Positions 47,312 to 56,423 of a stretch of 64,000 bases of DNA are shown here, piece by piece (within the stretch, counting starts at the first letter, position 1; every line of letters begins with the position of its first letter). Location of the stretch: positions 47,462 through 111,461 of IMG/VR virus record IMGVR_UViG_3300036859_000864; one strand, written 5' to 3'. This DNA is from a virus. Made by a program: the position numbers and the translations under genes. The notes beneath the pieces are model-generated. The model did no database searches, had not been told where the DNA came from, and saw nothing but the letters and a program-made list of their open reading frames with translations.

Positions 47312-47982
47312 CGTACGGGGCTCGCGAGATCATTCGGCGCCAACGCGCCAACGACTGTGCGTGCAAAGCGCCTGCACGCGCGCCTTCTCATGTGCGTGAG
47401 GGCGGCGGTCGGATCTTGCGCCCGCGCGCGTTCATGCGCGAAGAGGTTTCCGAGCGCGGCAAGGTTCATCGTCCTCGCGGTGTCGAGCCTGTCGTCATCG
47501 CCGGCGCGCCCGGCTCGAAGTGTCGACCTTTCCTCAAGGTCGAGAAGGACGCTGAGAAGTTCGCGGCGTGCAACGCGCTCGCCGAGGAGCTCGGGCCACT
47601 CAACACGCCGAAGAAGATGTACAGAATCATCGAAGATGCCATCGGTGACGAGGTCAACGAGGTCTTCGGTGTCCTGATGCTCGACATGCACTTGAGGCTC
47701 AAAGGTCTCGCCGAGACCGGGCGCGGGGAACCCTCGAGCGTGATGGCGCCGTTGAAGCCGACACTTCAGATGGCGCTGATCAGCGGAGCGGATTCGATCA
47801 TCTTGTGGCACGTGCACCCCTCTGGGATCGAAGCCGAGCCCAGTGAGGCGGACAAGGAGACCACAGAGGCGTTCGCCGAAGCGTGCGATGCGATCGAGCT
47901 GCCACTTCTCGACCACCTGATCATCGGCGGAGACATCCGAAGACGCAGCTACTTCTCGTTTGCAGAAGACGGTTTGCTGTAA
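47308..47982 (+). CDS. JAB/MPN domain (RadC-like) protein with low-complexity N-terminal extension
   Basis: E.F.VL.LD, A.SIILWHVHPSG...PS.AD...T..F..A...I.L.LLDHLII. Confidence 0.9.
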   Translation: MTYGAREIIRRQRANDCACKAPARAPSHVREGGGRILRPRAFMREEVSERGKVHRPRGVEPVVIAGAPGSKCRPFLKVEKDAEKFAACNALAEELGPLNTPKKMYRIIEDAIGDEVNEVFGVLMLDMHLRLKGLAETGRGEPSSVMAPLKPTLQMALISGADSIILWHVHPSGIEAEPSEADKETTEAFAEACDAIELPLLDHLIIGGDIRRRSYFSFAEDGLL

Positions 47983-48058
47983 GCCGTCGTCCTCTCTCTT
48001 TCGTTCTAGGCGAGCTCGCTCGCCCCAATTCTCTTTTCACATGGAGGCTCGCCCCCGT

Positions 48059-48565
48059 ATGACCGTACCTGCCAACGGTGCTCAACCGACCGTCATAGAA
48101 CTCCCGAAACCGGAGTTCCCCATGCTCATGCGCGTGATCTCGAACGCGCTGTTCCCCGCCGCTCAGACGATAGGGTGCCCGCACTGCTCGAAGCCCATTT
48201 CGATTCCGGAGCTTGGAAAGACCGATCAAGATCCCGTCACTTGGGTTTTCGGTGAGGCGCACCCGCTCACGCCAGACATGCGCATTATTCGAATGTTCAT
48301 CAAAGGTGACGGCATCGAAATCTACTCGGTGCCCGGCGACACCTCCAAAAAGGGTGGCGTGTGCACGCGCAATCTCATTCCGATGTCCTCGGTACGCTTC
48401 ACCGAAGAAGCGATGCCGATCAACGTCTTCGTCGAAGAGCTGATCGATGCCTCCGAAGATGATGACGACGACGACGGTGACGATGACGACGACAACGACG
48501 ATCCGGAGGCGGAGCCTGCCGAAGGTGGGACTGCGCCCACGACGGACGGCTCCTCTGTGTCTTGA
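48059..48565 (+). CDS. protein with CPHC insert and acidic tail
   Basis: GGAGG RBS; poly-D tail. Confidence 0.55.
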   Translation: MTVPANGAQPTVIELPKPEFPMLMRVISNALFPAAQTIGCPHCSKPISIPELGKTDQDPVTWVFGEAHPLTPDMRIIRMFIKGDGIEIYSVPGDTSKKGGVCTRNLIPMSSVRFTEEAMPINVFVEELIDASEDDDDDDGDDDDDNDDPEAEPAEGGTAPTTDGSSVS

Positions 48566-48582
48566 AAGAAGGGCTCGTAAGA

Positions 48583-50442
48583 ATGACTCGTCGTGGATCG
48601 CGCGATCAGAATCGAAGCGAACGGGTCGCGCCCGTCGGCACGCCTGCTCAAGAAGATGAAGCGGACATCTTGGCCGAGGTGGGCGGTGAGCGTGACGAAA
48701 ACGGTCAGCTCATAGCCGACGAGGAATCGGTGCGCGCGATAGGTGCGATCGACGCGGAGAGCGTGCGCACGAACCGACGGATGAAAGACGTCGTGGACAA
48801 GAAGCGCGGAGGGATGAAGGGCGTCACGTTCAACACGGACGATCTGCTCGCGTCGTACGAGGCGCTGATCAAGCAGTGGCCTCCGAACACCCTCGACATC
48901 ACCGTCAGGCGCATGACAGGCACGCAGGTGACACGAACGATCACCAGCCGTCCCCGGTCCGGTGTCGAGCTCTACGAAGCGATCAAGCTGATCCACGGTC
49001 AGTACGAGGAAGCCGAGTACGAGGTCAAGTGCCTGGACACCAACCAGAAGCAGTACCGCGGCACCGGTCGAATCATCATGCCGGACACGCGCGCCGTGCC
49101 CCCACAAGGACAGCCGATGCAAACCTTCTACCCGAACGGAGCGCCTATACCTCCGGGTTACCCTCCGCAACCGGCGCCTGCTTTCTACCCACCGACGCCC
49201 GGTTATCCACCGCCTCCCGGCTACGCAGCGCCTCCGTCACCTCCGGCGCAGGGCCAACAGCCGCCTCCGCAGCAACAGCAACAGCCGTTCCCGCAGCAGT
49301 CGGCAGCGCCGCCGCAAGTGCCTACCGTACAAGTCATGCCGTCGCAGTTCGATCCGGGATCGATGATGACGATCATGGATCAGTTGTTTCAGATGTTCCA
49401 ACGGTTGCAGGCGTCGGCACAACCGCCACCGCAACCGCCGCCTCAGTACCCGCCACAGTACGCACCCCCGCCTTTGGCGACTTCGATGCCGCCGCCTCCT
49501 TCGGCGCAGGCCAGTCCCGCCGAGATGTTCGAGTGGATTCAAAGGGCGTTCGGGATGTTTCAGTCGATGACACAGCAGCCGCAGCAACAGCAGCCTGCGC
49601 AAGCGCCGGTCGTTTATCGGGAGCCGCCGGTACCGCCGCCGGCGCAACAGACCGCGCCTGCGGGTCCGACGAAGCCGCCGCCGCGCGGCTACATTTGGGG
49701 TTGGTTCCCCGAGCACGCCGCGTTCGCGCTCGTGCCTGAAACGACCGGTGGGGGCTCGGAGCAGGCCCCGGGCCCGTTCCGGCGCCCGGCGTACATGCCG
49801 CAAGGAGATCAAGGCGCCAGAACGCCCTACACGGGGCCGCAGCACCAACAACAGCAGCACGCGCAACATCCGCCGCCGCCCTCTCGTCCGAAAACGCCTC
49901 GAGAGCAGTTTCAAGAGTCCATAGGGTTCGTGCGCGAAGCTGCGAGCGCGGTCGAAGAGATGCAATCCTTGCTGCCCGGCTTCGGTGGAGGGGGGCAGCA
50001 AGAGGTCGCTGAACAGCCGGACGACGACGACAACCCGATCAAGATCATCGACACCGGCAAAGGACGCATCGCTATCAACAAGAGCGACGGCGCCCTGCGT
50101 TGGGCCGAGACGGGCATGATGGTGCTTCCCGACGTGCTCAAGTGGCTCGGCGAGCAGCATCAGACTATTCAAAAAGCTGCCGAACGGCGACAGCAGCAAC
50201 AACAGCAGCAACAGCCGCGACAACTCGCACCCGGCTACGTCGAAGTGACGCCCGGGTATCAGCCGCCGCCTGGGTTCACGGCCGTTCCGGTCGATCAAGA
50301 TCAACCTCAGCAGCAGCAACAGTCTCCGCTTCCGCCACCGCCGGCGCACGTGCCCCCGCCGATTCAAACTTCGGCGGAGCCTCCCGCAGGACGAACGTGG
50401 GGCACGCCAACGATCCCCGAGTTCGATCAAGGAGAGAACTGA
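48583..50442 (+). CDS. large Pro/Gln-rich low-complexity protein
   Basis: Globular N-terminus followed by long P/Q tracts with short amphipathic M/F helices. Confidence 0.75.
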   Translation: MTRRGSRDQNRSERVAPVGTPAQEDEADILAEVGGERDENGQLIADEESVRAIGAIDAESVRTNRRMKDVVDKKRGGMKGVTFNTDDLLASYEALIKQWPPNTLDITVRRMTGTQVTRTITSRPRSGVELYEAIKLIHGQYEEAEYEVKCLDTNQKQYRGTGRIIMPDTRAVPPQGQPMQTFYPNGAPIPPGYPPQPAPAFYPPTPGYPPPPGYAAPPSPPAQGQQPPPQQQQQPFPQQSAAPPQVPTVQVMPSQFDPGSMMTIMDQLFQMFQRLQASAQPPPQPPPQYPPQYAPPPLATSMPPPPSAQASPAEMFEWIQRAFGMFQSMTQQPQQQQPAQAPVVYREPPVPPPAQQTAPAGPTKPPPRGYIWGWFPEHAAFALVPETTGGGSEQAPGPFRRPAYMPQGDQGARTPYTGPQHQQQQHAQHPPPPSRPKTPREQFQESIGFVREAASAVEEMQSLLPGFGGGGQQEVAEQPDDDDNPIKIIDTGKGRIAINKSDGALRWAETGMMVLPDVLKWLGEQHQTIQKAAERRQQQQQQQQPRQLAPGYVEVTPGYQPPPGFTAVPVDQDQPQQQQQSPLPPPPAHVPPPIQTSAEPPAGRTWGTPTIPEFDQGEN

Positions 50443-50867
50443 TGAAGGTCGCGGTCAACATCGAGTTCACGGATGATGAGCTCAAGAAGCACGCCGAAGA
50501 CGTCGGAAGGCGTTGGGCGCTGAACACCATCAACGACGTGTTCAAAGCCGCTCAACGCTTCAAGTTCGACCCGAATGTCATCGCGGCCCTCAGAGACGCG
50601 GCTGCGAATGCGTTCGGGGGCTCGAAGAATCAAAACGATCCGGGCCCGCGAGCGACGGCCGGGATCGATGCGGAATTCGAACCGCCTACCAGGTGCGCGC
50701 AAGTGCATGCCAACGCGGATTTCGACGAGGGTTGGGCGTGTCATCACTGCGGCACCTACAACGCGCTTCAACGCGCAGCGTGCCGGAACTGCGCTCACGA
50801 ACGCTGCGACATCGTCGTACCCCCTCCCCCGGTTTCATCCGCCGCAGGCGACCCGTCCGCACACTAG
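50442..50867 (+). CDS. RanBP2-type Zn-finger protein
   Basis: AAGGAG RBS; WACHHCGTYN...R..C..C. Confidence 0.6.
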   Translation: MKVAVNIEFTDDELKKHAEDVGRRWALNTINDVFKAAQRFKFDPNVIAALRDAAANAFGGSKNQNDPGPRATAGIDAEFEPPTRCAQVHANADFDEGWACHHCGTYNALQRAACRNCAHERCDIVVPPPPVSSAAGDPSAH

Positions 50868-50879
50868 TAGAGGCCCGAA

Positions 50880-51065
50880 GTGGCGAAGTACCGCATCACG
50901 ATGAGCATGGCGGTGGAGGCGATCAACGACCACCAAGCTCACGACTACGCTGTGAAGCTCGCGGAGCTTCTCAAATCGCCGCTCGTGAAGATGGCGGTTT
51001 CGAACGAAGGGATTCGACTCTCCGGGGACGGACGTCCGATCGTGCACCAGCCACAGCGCGAATAG
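50880..51065 (+). CDS. small hypothetical protein
   Basis: GAGG RBS + GTG. Confidence 0.5.
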   Translation: MAKYRITMSMAVEAINDHQAHDYAVKLAELLKSPLVKMAVSNEGIRLSGDGRPIVHQPQRE

Positions 51066-51134
51066 CACAGCGGAAAATGAGGGCATTGACAACGCGCCTG
51101 GACTAGTCCCGGGAAGCGCGCGTACTCTTGTGGC

Positions 51135-52379
51135 GTGCACACACACGTCGTTCAGGCCGGTGAGAGCCCCTCGTCGATTGCGATCAACTACGTGGGGTGC
51201 CCCAAATGCTCGCGGGATTTGATCGAAGCGAACCCGCACAAGCCTGCCGTGGTGCACCCGAACGGCTACATTTCCTTCAAAGACCTGCGTGAGGGCGAAA
51301 AGCTCAAGCTGCCCGGCAAGTGGTTTGACGGGAGTCTCGACTCTCGCCCGACCGCGTACTTCGCAGCACTGCCGTACCATGACGGGGTGACGCCTGGCAA
51401 ATTCGGAGTCGGCGCCCCCAACGTGCTCAACGACTACGCCGCGCTCGACGCCGCCGGCGTGAAAGTCGGGGCACTCGCCGCTTTGGGTGATCAAGCGTTC
51501 GCTGCCGCCGTGAACGGCGCTGCCGACGCCGTCGACGTGTCGGTGCGTGAGATAGGTGAGGGGACGACGACGCCTACGGTGTACGCCGCTCCGTACGCGC
51601 GAGATGCACGCACGGCTACGGCCAAGGCGCGGCAGTACAACGCCACGGTGCTCGATGCGGCTATCGCGGCCGGGGATGCTCAAGAAGCATTTCAAGCGCG
51701 CACAGAAATTCTGAAAAACCTCTCGAGCGCGCTCGGGTCTGCGCGTTTGGCGCTCCAAGCGTTCTACGGAGACGCGGGCGACGGGGGTGCGCCTCAGCCT
51801 GTAGCGCCGGCGCCTCAACCGACTCCGGAAATTCAGGTCGACATCGGCCCGGCTACGATCGATCCGACGCTCACATCGCCGGCAGTCGTCACCGCTGCGG
51901 CACAAGCTGCGGTTTCCGCTATGGGCGCGGACGCCAACTACTGCACGTCGGTCGCGCGACCCGGCAGTGCTGTCAACTCAGCAGTGCATGCTTTCAAAAC
52001 AGCCTGGAACGCGGCAAATCCGAACAATCCGGTCCCGATTGGCACCAGCACCTACGAGCAAGCGACGGCCGACGCGATCATGCGCGCGGTTGGACACGCG
52101 CCCGTCGCGTGCGGGGCGAGTGCTGTTCCGAGTGCATCGCCGGGCGCAACGCCTACCGCCCCCTCGCTCGTGGCGCCTGAACCGAGCAAAGGGATCGGTG
52201 TCGCCGGTATCTTGGGTCTCGGATTGCTCGGCGCCGGCGCTGTTGGGGGCGTGATCTACTACGCCACCAGCAAACCTGTCGCGCCTCGCCGACGAGTGCG
52301 ACGAGTCAGCCCCGGCCCTCGTCGACGACCCGTGCAGCGCGACACCATCGGCCCTTGGAAGAAAGACCCCAACTCGTGA
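51135..52379 (+). CDS. LysM-like, tail-anchored membrane protein
   Basis: HVVQAGESPSSIA...LIEANP...L.EGEKLKLP; C-terminal TM + Arg-rich tail. Confidence 0.7.
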   Translation: MHTHVVQAGESPSSIAINYVGCPKCSRDLIEANPHKPAVVHPNGYISFKDLREGEKLKLPGKWFDGSLDSRPTAYFAALPYHDGVTPGKFGVGAPNVLNDYAALDAAGVKVGALAALGDQAFAAAVNGAADAVDVSVREIGEGTTTPTVYAAPYARDARTATAKARQYNATVLDAAIAAGDAQEAFQARTEILKNLSSALGSARLALQAFYGDAGDGGAPQPVAPAPQPTPEIQVDIGPATIDPTLTSPAVVTAAAQAAVSAMGADANYCTSVARPGSAVNSAVHAFKTAWNAANPNNPVPIGTSTYEQATADAIMRAVGHAPVACGASAVPSASPGATPTAPSLVAPEPSKGIGVAGILGLGLLGAGAVGGVIYYATSKPVAPRRRVRRVSPGPRRRPVQRDTIGPWKKDPNS

Positions 52380-53032
52380 TCGAAAAACCTGTAGAGGGCG
52401 TGCAGACAGACGCGAGACCGCATCCGCCTGGCGGCAAGGGCGCGCGATTGTCTTTACAAGAGGTGGCCGATCGCTCGTGGAAGGCGCGCATGAGCCCGCG
52501 TCTTCGTTCGTGGGTCACGAAAGTGCTCGACAAGGCCGGCGTGTCGAACGGAGGCCGTCGACAGAAGGCGCAGGCCATCCTCAAAGCTTTCCGAGAGAAG
52601 GTGCCTTACATCGCCGATCCGTTGATGGGCGAGTTCATGGCGACGCCCGACCAGGTGTTGTGCCTCGACGAGGGCGGTCTTTGCATCATCGGAGGAGACT
52701 GCGACGAGCACGCGATCACGCTCGCCGCTGCGATGATGACGATCGGCATCCCGGCCATGATCATCGGCGCCAGCTACCACGATCCGATCGATGTCCCGAC
52801 GCACGTGTACATGGCGTTCGAAGACGATCTCAAAGATTGGGTGCGCATGGACGGCACGACCAAACAGCATCCTGTCGGCCGCGTGTCTCCGAGCAGGAAA
52901 GAGTTCTGGGTAGAGCCCGGTGCGGCAGCGAAAGAGAACGGGAACGGCGACTTCGTAGGCATGAGCGGAGCTCCGGGAATGCTCGCCGCGCCTACGAGCG
53001 TGCTCGATCTGGTCTACCCGGGACTACGTTAG
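52376..53032 (+). CDS. transglutaminase-like cysteine protease (intact Cys-His-Asp triad)
   Basis: Y..DP...E....P; GDCDEH, THVY, WVRMDGT. Confidence 0.85.
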   Translation: MIEKPVEGVQTDARPHPPGGKGARLSLQEVADRSWKARMSPRLRSWVTKVLDKAGVSNGGRRQKAQAILKAFREKVPYIADPLMGEFMATPDQVLCLDEGGLCIIGGDCDEHAITLAAAMMTIGIPAMIIGASYHDPIDVPTHVYMAFEDDLKDWVRMDGTTKQHPVGRVSPSRKEFWVEPGAAAKENGNGDFVGMSGAPGMLAAPTSVLDLVYPGLR

Positions 53033-53279
53033 TAATACGTACGTAGTCTGTTCGTAATACATCGGACGACTATTTTCGATCTCGAACGTGCTCTGATTTG
53101 CCGGCAGAGGGCTCTTACACCGACCGCACGTAACCTGCCGTTCCGATTGGCGTTTCAATCGAACGTGAGATCGACGGGCGTAGAGAGATCGTTCCTGTAA
53201 CCACGACTGCGGCTCACCGCAATGCGTGTATTCCTGGACGCATCGATCTCTTGTTGCGATCTTAGAGGGGCACAGTGAC

Positions 53280-54845
53280 ATGGGCCTTTACGACACCCGA
53301 CTGGCTGAGCTCAGCGAACCGCGCCGGCGAAGGCGTGTCGCGCAGACCCACCCGTCCTTTTCCCTGTCACCTCCGAGACGCAACCCGATGTTGCGCCCGA
53401 TCGCCGAGCGGCGATCCGCTCCGATCGTAGTCGTTCGCAAAACCGAGGAAGAAAACATGGCCACTGCCCGCCGACGCTCCAAGAAAAAGACCGCAGCCCC
53501 CAAGCGCCGCCGGCGCGCGCGCAAAGCCGCGTCACCGAAGCGTCATCGACGCGCACGGAAGGTTGCGGCCCCCAAGCGTCGTCGTCGGGCCAAGAAGGCG
53601 GCTGCCGTCACTCGTCGGCGTCGTCGGCGCACCGTGCGCGTGGAAGCAAAGAGGTCTCGTCGTCGTCGTCGTTCGGCTGCTCCCGCGGCCCCCAAGCGTC
53701 GTCGTCGGCGTCGGGTGGCGCGTGAGGCGTGGAAGGGCGACTCGGCCGGTCACGCGAAGGCCGCCAAGAAGGGTCATCGTCGTCGTCGGGCGGCGCGGAA
53801 GACCACGAAGCGTCGTCGTCGGCGGAGCAAGGCTCGCGAGACTACGTACGCAGCAGCTCCTCGGCGTCGTCGGCGTCGGAGTTCCAGGCGGCGATCGTCT
53901 CACGTGATGGAGGCGAGTCGTCCCCGTCGTCGTCGGCACCGCATGCACGCCTCGAGTGGTGGCGGCATGGGCGTCGGAGCGATGTTGCTCGGAATCGGTA
54001 CGGCTGGCGTCGGGTTCGTGATCGCCGACGGTCTCGACCGTCTGCTCGCCACGTACAACCCGTCCGACGCCAAGAAGCCCACGGACAGGTTCACGAGCGA
54101 CGGCACCGGCATGCTCGCGAACACGCTCAACGTCGCGGCGATGCCGAACTGGAAGCGCGTCGTGGCGGGCGTCGGTCTCACGGCGGCACCTGCCGTCGGA
54201 TCGATGTTCGTCAAGAACACCTACGTACGCGGCGCGCTCGAGGGCCTTGCTCTCGGCGCCGGCATCTCGGTGTTCAAGCTGGTCTGGAGCAACGTGCTCA
54301 TGCCGATGCTCATCGGTAAGGACACGTCGGCCCCGGCGCTCCAGAAGAGTTACATCGCGCGGCTCTACCCGACGGAGGTCGCCTCTTCGCTCAACAAGAA
54401 GCAGGCGATGTCCAACGTCTCGAGCTCCGGCTCGGGTGCGCTCTCCGGCGCTCCCGAGCAACAGACCGGCGTCGGATCTCCCGACGTGGGCCCGTTCGCA
54501 CTCGCCGGCGACTCACCGTACCCCGACGCCTCTCAGGCACTCAGGTCTGGCGTGAGCGACGACCCCGGGTACCCCAGCACCTCGCAAGCGCTCCGAGCCG
54601 GAGTGAGCGGCGACTCGCCGTACCCCAGCGCAGGCCAGGCGCTCCACGCCGGAGTCAGCGCGCCGGCGCCGACGCCGACGGGCGGCTCCGATCCGAACTG
54701 GAATCCGGGTCCTCCTCCGGGTTCCGGTCCGGGGCCGCAGGCGAAGCCGCACTCCTCTTGCGGATGCGTCGGCGAGAACAACGCCTTCCTCGGCTTCATC
54801 GGTGAAGCAGTCGAAGAGACGCCCTTCTTGGGTGCCGTTGCGTGA
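53280..54845 (+). CDS. protamine-like Arg-rich core/membrane protein
   Basis: ~165-aa R/K/A/S tract after a second RBS+ATG at 53457, three hydrophobic helices, C-terminal 17-aa repeats; directly upstream of the capsid candidate. Confidence 0.75.
   Translation: MGLYDTRLAELSEPRRRRRVAQTHPSFSLSPPRRNPMLRPIAERRSAPIVVVRKTEEENMATARRRSKKKTAAPKRRRRARKAASPKRHRRARKVAAPKRRRRAKKAAAVTRRRRRRTVRVEAKRSRRRRRSAAPAAPKRRRRRRVAREAWKGDSAGHAKAAKKGHRRRRAARKTTKRRRRRSKARETTYAAAPRRRRRRSSRRRSSHVMEASRPRRRRHRMHASSGGGMGVGAMLLGIGTAGVGFVIADGLDRLLATYNPSDAKKPTDRFTSDGTGMLANTLNVAAMPNWKRVVAGVGLTAAPAVGSMFVKNTYVRGALEGLALGAGISVFKLVWSNVLMPMLIGKDTSAPALQKSYIARLYPTEVASSLNKKQAMSNVSSSGSGALSGAPEQQTGVGSPDVGPFALAGDSPYPDASQALRSGVSDDPGYPSTSQALRAGVSGDSPYPSAGQALHAGVSAPAPTPTGGSDPNWNPGPPPGSGPGPQAKPHSSCGCVGENNAFLGFIGEAVEETPFLGAVA
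54507..54659 (+). repeat. 3 x 51-bp coding tandem repeat (xD(S/P)(P/G)YPxxxQALxxGVS)
   Basis: Units at 54507, 54558, 54609. Confidence 0.85.
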
Positions 54846-54990
54846 ACGCGCCTCTCCGCGCATCGCGGAGAAGCAACACCCCCGCCCCGGTAGGCTTCGA
54901 GCCCCGGGGTTGAGGTGTCGAAGGGCCCGGAGCCCCTAAAACACCGCTCGTGTCGGCCCAGGAAACGGCGAGCAATCAGGAGAAGAAGTC

Positions 54991-56316
54991 ATGGGAGCCA
55001 GGAACATCGTCGGTCGGCAGATTCACAAGTTCGGTGACGCGCAGGACAAGGTCAAGCGCATGCAATTCGGTCTCGGAGTGGATCCGAACAGCGGAGCGCT
55101 CGCGGCAGACGCCTCGGGCAAGTGCCTCCGTTGCTCCTTCGGGAACATCCCCGTGATCGAGGAGGTCGTCTGGACGATCCCGCTCCCCCTCACGGCCACC
55201 GAGGCGCTCGCAACGCTCGGTGACACGGTGAACCTTCTCTCGGGCAGCTCCAGCGTGCCCGGCGTCGCGTCGATCGACTCGACGTTCCTCATCAACGGCA
55301 TTCTCCAGACGGACATTCTGGCGCAGGGCATCGGCGTGCACGTGTTCTGCGAGCCGATGAGCTTCTCGACCATCGGCAACGCCTTCGTGGCGCCCGAGAC
55401 GACGGTGGCTCCTCCTCCGTCGCCCGACGTGTTCACCAACAACGACGTGACCTCGCGCGCGATGAGCACGCAGGTCGACGCGACCGCGTCGAACTTCAGC
55501 CCGGCCGTGTTCGAGTTCGGTGCCGACGTTTGGCGCGCGGGCTGGAACTTCATCAACGCCTACCAGTTTCAGTGGAAGACCTCGCAGCGCGAGCTCGTCC
55601 TCAACGAGCTGGCGGCGGACGTCTCGTACTTCGGCTCCTTCGCGGACGCCGAGGCGAGCGGCACGAGCGAAGTCGCCATCATCGAGTTCGTCGCGACGGT
55701 CAACGCGATCTACCGGTCGAAGGGCTCGAATACGATCTTCCTGCCCGTCAACTTCCGGCGCGTGGGTTCCGTCAACAGCACCAGCGCGACGGTCAACGTC
55801 GGCGTGTTCCACCCGACGCGCGATTTCGATCTCGCGCCGGTCACCTGGGGCGGTCTTCGGTGGCAGGGGTACGGCTGCCGCGGGCAGATGTACCGGCCGA
55901 TCGAGAGCCCGTGCTTCCTCGAGCGCGGTATCCCCATCGGGATGCTCTTCGTCGTGCAGGACGCCGTGCACCAGGCGCTCATGCTCCAGGCCGTCACCAT
56001 CAACAACGAGCCCCTCGGCGTGAACGTCAGCGTGGACGAGAACTTCTCGGACGCCTCGGCCGTCATCCCGACGCCGGCGACCCCCGGTACGCCCACGGCG
56101 GGCGCCATCGTGGTCGGCGGCAACAACACGATGCTGGAGCAGACGCTCGATGCGACTCCGGTGCTCGTGACGCAGTCGGTGAACACCTCTCGGCAGGTGT
56201 TCAAGGGCGGCATCCTGAAACTCGCGATCAAGATCAAGGGCTGGGAGATGCCCGGCGGCTGGAAGGACTACTGCAAGACCAACCTGCCGCAGATCATGTC
56301 GAACTCGGCTCCCTGA
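54991..56316 (+). CDS. putative major capsid protein (jelly-roll type)
   Basis: AGGAG RBS, strongly C/G-ending codons, beta-strand-rich, followed by a terminator; no HK97-type context. Confidence 0.55.
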   Translation: MGARNIVGRQIHKFGDAQDKVKRMQFGLGVDPNSGALAADASGKCLRCSFGNIPVIEEVVWTIPLPLTATEALATLGDTVNLLSGSSSVPGVASIDSTFLINGILQTDILAQGIGVHVFCEPMSFSTIGNAFVAPETTVAPPPSPDVFTNNDVTSRAMSTQVDATASNFSPAVFEFGADVWRAGWNFINAYQFQWKTSQRELVLNELAADVSYFGSFADAEASGTSEVAIIEFVATVNAIYRSKGSNTIFLPVNFRRVGSVNSTSATVNVGVFHPTRDFDLAPVTWGGLRWQGYGCRGQMYRPIESPCFLERGIPIGMLFVVQDAVHQALMLQAVTINNEPLGVNVSVDENFSDASAVIPTPATPGTPTAGAIVVGGNNTMLEQTLDATPVLVTQSVNTSRQVFKGGILKLAIKIKGWEMPGGWKDYCKTNLPQIMSNSAP

Positions 56317-56354
56317 TTCGAACCAGCGCACGCTAGTCCGAACAGCACAAGGCT

Positions 56355-56400
56355 CAGGCGGCGTGACGGAAGACAACGTCGCGCCGCCTGTCCTGTTTCT
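56355..56400 (+). terminator. intrinsic terminator/attenuator after capsid gene
   Basis: 14-bp stem CAGGCGGCGTGACG/CGTCGCGCCGCCTG followed by TCCTGTTTCT. Confidence 0.6.
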
Positions 56401-56423
56401 AGAGAGTTCAACGGAGAATCGCC

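Noticed and set aside
53560-53945. (CGT)n/CGTCGG runs resembling a microsatellite or CRISPR-like array
   Set aside because: Explained by poly-Arg coding; no constant repeat-spacer periodicity
54507-54659. 51-bp repeats as a possible mini-CRISPR
   Set aside because: Contiguous in-frame coding repeats with synonymous variation and no spacers
54976-56376. 466-aa minus-strand ORF (also 49237..50430 and 50835..51905)
   Set aside because: Antisense shadows of strongly codon-biased plus-strand genes; no motifs
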